Shown piece by piece: positions 60,201-64,000 of a stretch of 64,000 bases of DNA. The stretch is from contig OZ037770.1 in NCBI GenBank assembly GCA_964035545.1, forward strand, positions 14,746,642-14,810,641. Direction: 5' to 3'. How positions within the stretch are numbered: position 1 is the stretch's first letter; each line of letters begins with the position of its first letter. The notes under the pieces are model-generated. The model worked only from the letters and a program-made list of their open reading frames with translations. It did no database searches and was not told where the DNA came from. The stretch comes from Bugula neritina (Eukaryota > Animalia > Bryozoa). The position numbers were made by a program, and so were the translations under genes.

Positions 60201-61484
60201 GCTCAAAGAATGAGTATGTTTCCAGTTCTTCAAGAATAGTTGCTGGTTTTTAATGCCCTCCCCTACCAAAGCTGTCTGATCTTCCAATAGTTGCTGTTTG
60301 CTACAGAACTCCTTAGATAATGATTTTATGGCGTGCATTAACCTTTGGATCCTTTTAACTCATGCTGGGATTGCTGGACTTTAAGTGATGCCCTGGGTAG
60401 TTTTAATCGAATTATCAATATCATCTACTGAATCTTGTGACCGGGAGGGCAATAAGGTCATGTGATGAGTCAATGTCCTGGTAAATAGGACTTTTTTTGC
60501 AAAAATTTCCATTTAATGGGTTGTTTGTGCAACAATGCTGCCTAAACGAAAGACAAGAGCATTTAGAAGGTGCTTTCGTTTAGAAGTTGTGTTTCGTGAG
60601 AAAGCCTAGTCAAAGAGAACTTAGTCTGGTAAGACTTTAGAGTGCTGCATGTATAATATCTTGATAGGTGAAGAATCCTTGCTAATCATTATGTAAAAAT
60701 TTAAAGCTATCTGTAAGCTTTGGGTGACCATTGATTAATACGTATAGCATACTTCAATGTAATATTGCTTTGATACATTGTGTGGCACTAGTTGTTGATC
60801 CCCTTATGAATGATCTATCATGCGCACATCAGGCACGGCAAACGTGATCTTTAACCTTTAGTCTATAGTTGTCTAGTGTGTTTGCTATTTATAGCAACCA
60901 CTGGCTATAGAATGTCATTAAAACCGCAGAAATATAATATTTCTATCTGCAGTGCTTGCAAAAGCTAGTCCCTGGCTGTTGAATTGATTAATTTTATGCC
61001 TTTAGTGTCAATAAATCACGAGGTTGCCAAGGAATGTCTAATTAGGAATGAGGTTGGAAATCCTCTAGAACTAAAACAATCATGGAGTTGTTTTCTTTGC
61101 AGTTTACAACAACCATTCCTATGTCCTATAAAACATTATTTTCCGTAACGATTAACCAATCAGATACGTAGTACATTCTCCCAAAGTCTCTATTGCGCTG
61201 TTGATGGTTGTATTAAGTCATCGACCCGTAATTTGTAACTTCGTGTTCACTGTGGATTTTGGTGCATATAAGTATGCTTGTGCAGGGCCACATGGATGTA
61301 TTGAGGATTGACTGGAAACATATTAATATTTAAATGCTATTCGTATTGGCATTGTCATTTTTATTTTGAACTTTGTACCAAATACACATGTTCACGAAGA
61401 CTAAACCACCAGCAACATTAACGAGGCTTTCTCCTGCATTATCTTACTAGACTCTAATTTCAGCAAGGCATAAGCCTAAGGCAA

Positions 61485-61645
61485 GTATTACTATTAGTAT
61501 TGCTACTATAACTATAACTATTACTATTAGTATTACTATTACTATTACTATTAGTATTACTATTACTATTAGTATTGGTATTACTATTACTATTACTATT
61601 AGTAGATTTAAAATTACTATTAGAGTATTACTATTAGTATTAGTA
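61485..61645. repeat. Degenerate (TATTAC/TATTAG)n repeat
   Basis: 3/6-bp periodicity. Confidence 0.85.
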
Positions 61646-63453
61646 TCAGTATAAGTATGACATTGACAATCACTATGACTGAGTATGACTATAAAATTGA
61701 ATATCCAGAAACTTTAACCTGTGTAGTGTGTAACAGTGACTCAAATTGCAAGACTAAGTCAAAGTGTAACAATACCTCATCATTATGATTATCATCATCA
61801 TCATGACGTTGATCAGCTCGCCATCACACTCACAGTCACTGCACTTCTATGTATTTTCATTTTAAATTTAAACATTTAATTGTTTAATTATTCAACTTGT
61901 ACTTGTGGCTACTACTATTAACTTCACTATAATTCAATATCTATTAATAACTATAGCATTAGCTGTTCATTATAATTAATTATACCTTTAAGTATAGCTA
62001 GTAATTATATTTATTGATATATCAGTTTTGATAAAGTTGAATTTTTTCTTCGCACAATACAGCTAAGATATGATTGTCAACTAACTTGACCTTGAAACCT
62101 CTTCCTGAAACTATTTGGAGGTGTACATTGTCTTCATGACCCATAGGCTGATTAAATCAACACAGTCGTTGTTATCACACTAATAGGCTCGTGATAAACT
62201 CCCAGACAGCGTGTTGTCGAGTCTAGCTGATAATAGATAACATATTTAATAACAAAGTGCTTGTGGTAGATGAAGACTAGTAGTTTCCACTTTTACTTAG
62301 TTATATACTTTATGTCTGTCTAAGAAAATTATCTCCAATAAAATTTATAGTTACTGGTAATGTTTTAGTTATGTTTATTTCTTAGACTAAAAATAGTTCA
62401 CAAAAATACTAGATTTCTTGTTAAAATACACACGTAATAAATATATATTGCATTGCAAGCTGAATTCTGATAAGAAGATATAAGAGTGACTATGGCTATT
62501 GGAAATGTATTTATTTTTGTTTCTGCTGGATGCTAGGTAGTTCCTTTATATTCATGTTCCTTTACAATTTGCGTTGGTGCATCATGCAATGTTTACCGCT
62601 TTGTCCATTAGATTGCGTAGCTATGCCCACTTCTATTCAGCAATACAAAGCAGTTGTCTTTGATAGAATCTTTGGTAATACGTTGCAACATTATAGCTCA
62701 GCATAGTGTGAGCTTATTTCTCCAATATCCAGTTTAGTTTGATGTTTACAAAGTTTTCTATAAAGCTTCATGTAGGCTGATTTTTCATTTTTGTTGAAAA
62801 ATTGGTTTACAATGATGTTCTAGAAAGACCTAATCATAATAGTAAGATTAACAATTTCTTTACACATAGTTAATGCTTTTGGTAATACTGTATTGATAGT
62901 TGATTTTCAACATTATCGAAATTGAAGAAAGGAAATTCAATATTGATTAAAGTGAAGTGCTAAGTACATATTTGGTTGCCTAGCAACTGCCCTGGGGCTC
63001 TGTTTATATGTATATGGTGTATGGGTTTTTTATGTTATTGTTAGCACAGGTCTAGGGTATTGTTTCTCTGTTTTGCCAAATAATTATGATTATACAGACC
63101 AGTATAATGGCCTTGAAAGTATAACCTTTCAGTCTGCTTTGTTATATAATGTGCCCTTCAACACAGGGTAGTAGTTTATTCAATCTCTGGCTTTGAAACT
63201 AAACCCTTTTTCGTACTGAAACTAATTGGGTCAGTTTACAAAATTTAGTACACACTCAAAACCTTCAGTATTTATTGCTATTTTTCAGAATTTAGCTGCC
63301 AATGTATATGGTTTTTGCTCTAAAGTCTAAACTAATGAAAGTTTAGAAAATACAACTAAATAATGGAGGCTATTTTTAATTTGCTTGATTTCCTATGTTT
63401 CTCCCAATTGTTTAGTTAATTTGAATTAATCTGTAGACTAGAAACCACTCAAT

Positions 63454-63633
63454 ATGAAGATAGACGTAATTTGCGGTGCTAAGATGAGTGACGACGAGGA
63501 GTACGATAAAGCAGCCAATGAGGCGATAGATACTGAGATTATAGCCTATCAGGATGAGGTGGTGACTCACTCAGTTCTAAGTGGGATGAACACCCTCCGT
63601 CAGGCCGGGCAGCTATGTGACTGTGTCCTAAGG
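63454..63633 (+). CDS. First coding exon of a BTB/POZ (probably BTB-BACK-Kelch) protein; continues beyond the window
   Basis: YQDEVVTHSVLSGMNTLRQAGQLCDCVLR matches the L..LN.LR..G.LCDV.L start of Kelch-like BTB domains. Donor GTACTT follows 63633. The start could be 63454 or 63484. Confidence 0.8.
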
Positions 63634-64000
63634 GTACTTATCCTACTATATCCTGTTACATAGATGCAACATTCCTTGGTGTTTGCGTAAATATTCATAG
63701 TTATCACAGCATGCCTAACAAACCTTTTCAGTGATGTGTGCTAAAAGGTTTTTTGATATTATAGGCTTCAGTCACTCTGTAGGCTCAAATGAGTTGAACT
63801 TAGGGTTACTGTGAATATAGGCGTGTAATGAGAGATTTGATCTACATGTTGACCCACTCCTAGATAAAAGCTCTGCTTCCATACATATTACTTGTGAAGT
63901 AGCATTGACAAGTACCCTCTTTGTCACGTGATATATCGTAGTACTAACTACTAGCATTAAAATTCTCTAATGAGTCGATGGCTATCAGCATTGCAAGCTG

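Noticed and set aside
60542-60582. Hairpin CTAAACGAAA...TTTCGTTTAG as a miRNA or structured RNA
   Set aside because: Too short and bulged, with no other support.
57300-63400. Additional coding genes
   Set aside because: No convincing exon chain or protein motif; probably intergenic DNA or 5' UTR introns of the BTB gene.

Overview
AT-rich, intron-dense animal genomic DNA with GT-AG introns, microsatellites and SINE/MITE-like repeats. The gene content suggests a marine invertebrate, plausibly a lophotrochozoan (inference only). I assembled spliced gene models by hand, checking splice phases. Left to right: 3' half of a DEG/ENaC channel (+); secreted PAN-PAN-F-type-lectin protein (+); secreted PSI-domain + class-3 lipase (-); decayed intronless 7TM GPCR (+); small orphan secreted Ser/Thr/Ala-rich protein (+); a 24-exon receptor tyrosine kinase (-); a tentative orphan single-pass membrane protein (-); cathepsin L (+); a head-to-head pair of C-type-lectin/PAN paralogues, one frameshifted and one with a TAETTP mucin-like stalk; and the first coding exon of a BTB(-Kelch) gene. 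The most striking item is the RTK. It has a Met/RON-type kinase and IPT stalk, but an NHL-repeat beta-propeller plus a Sushi domain replace Sema-PSI. It lies among three secreted PAN/apple-domain lectins, and PAN is the fold of the HGF/MSP N-domain, so this is a candidate receptor/lectin recognition locus.
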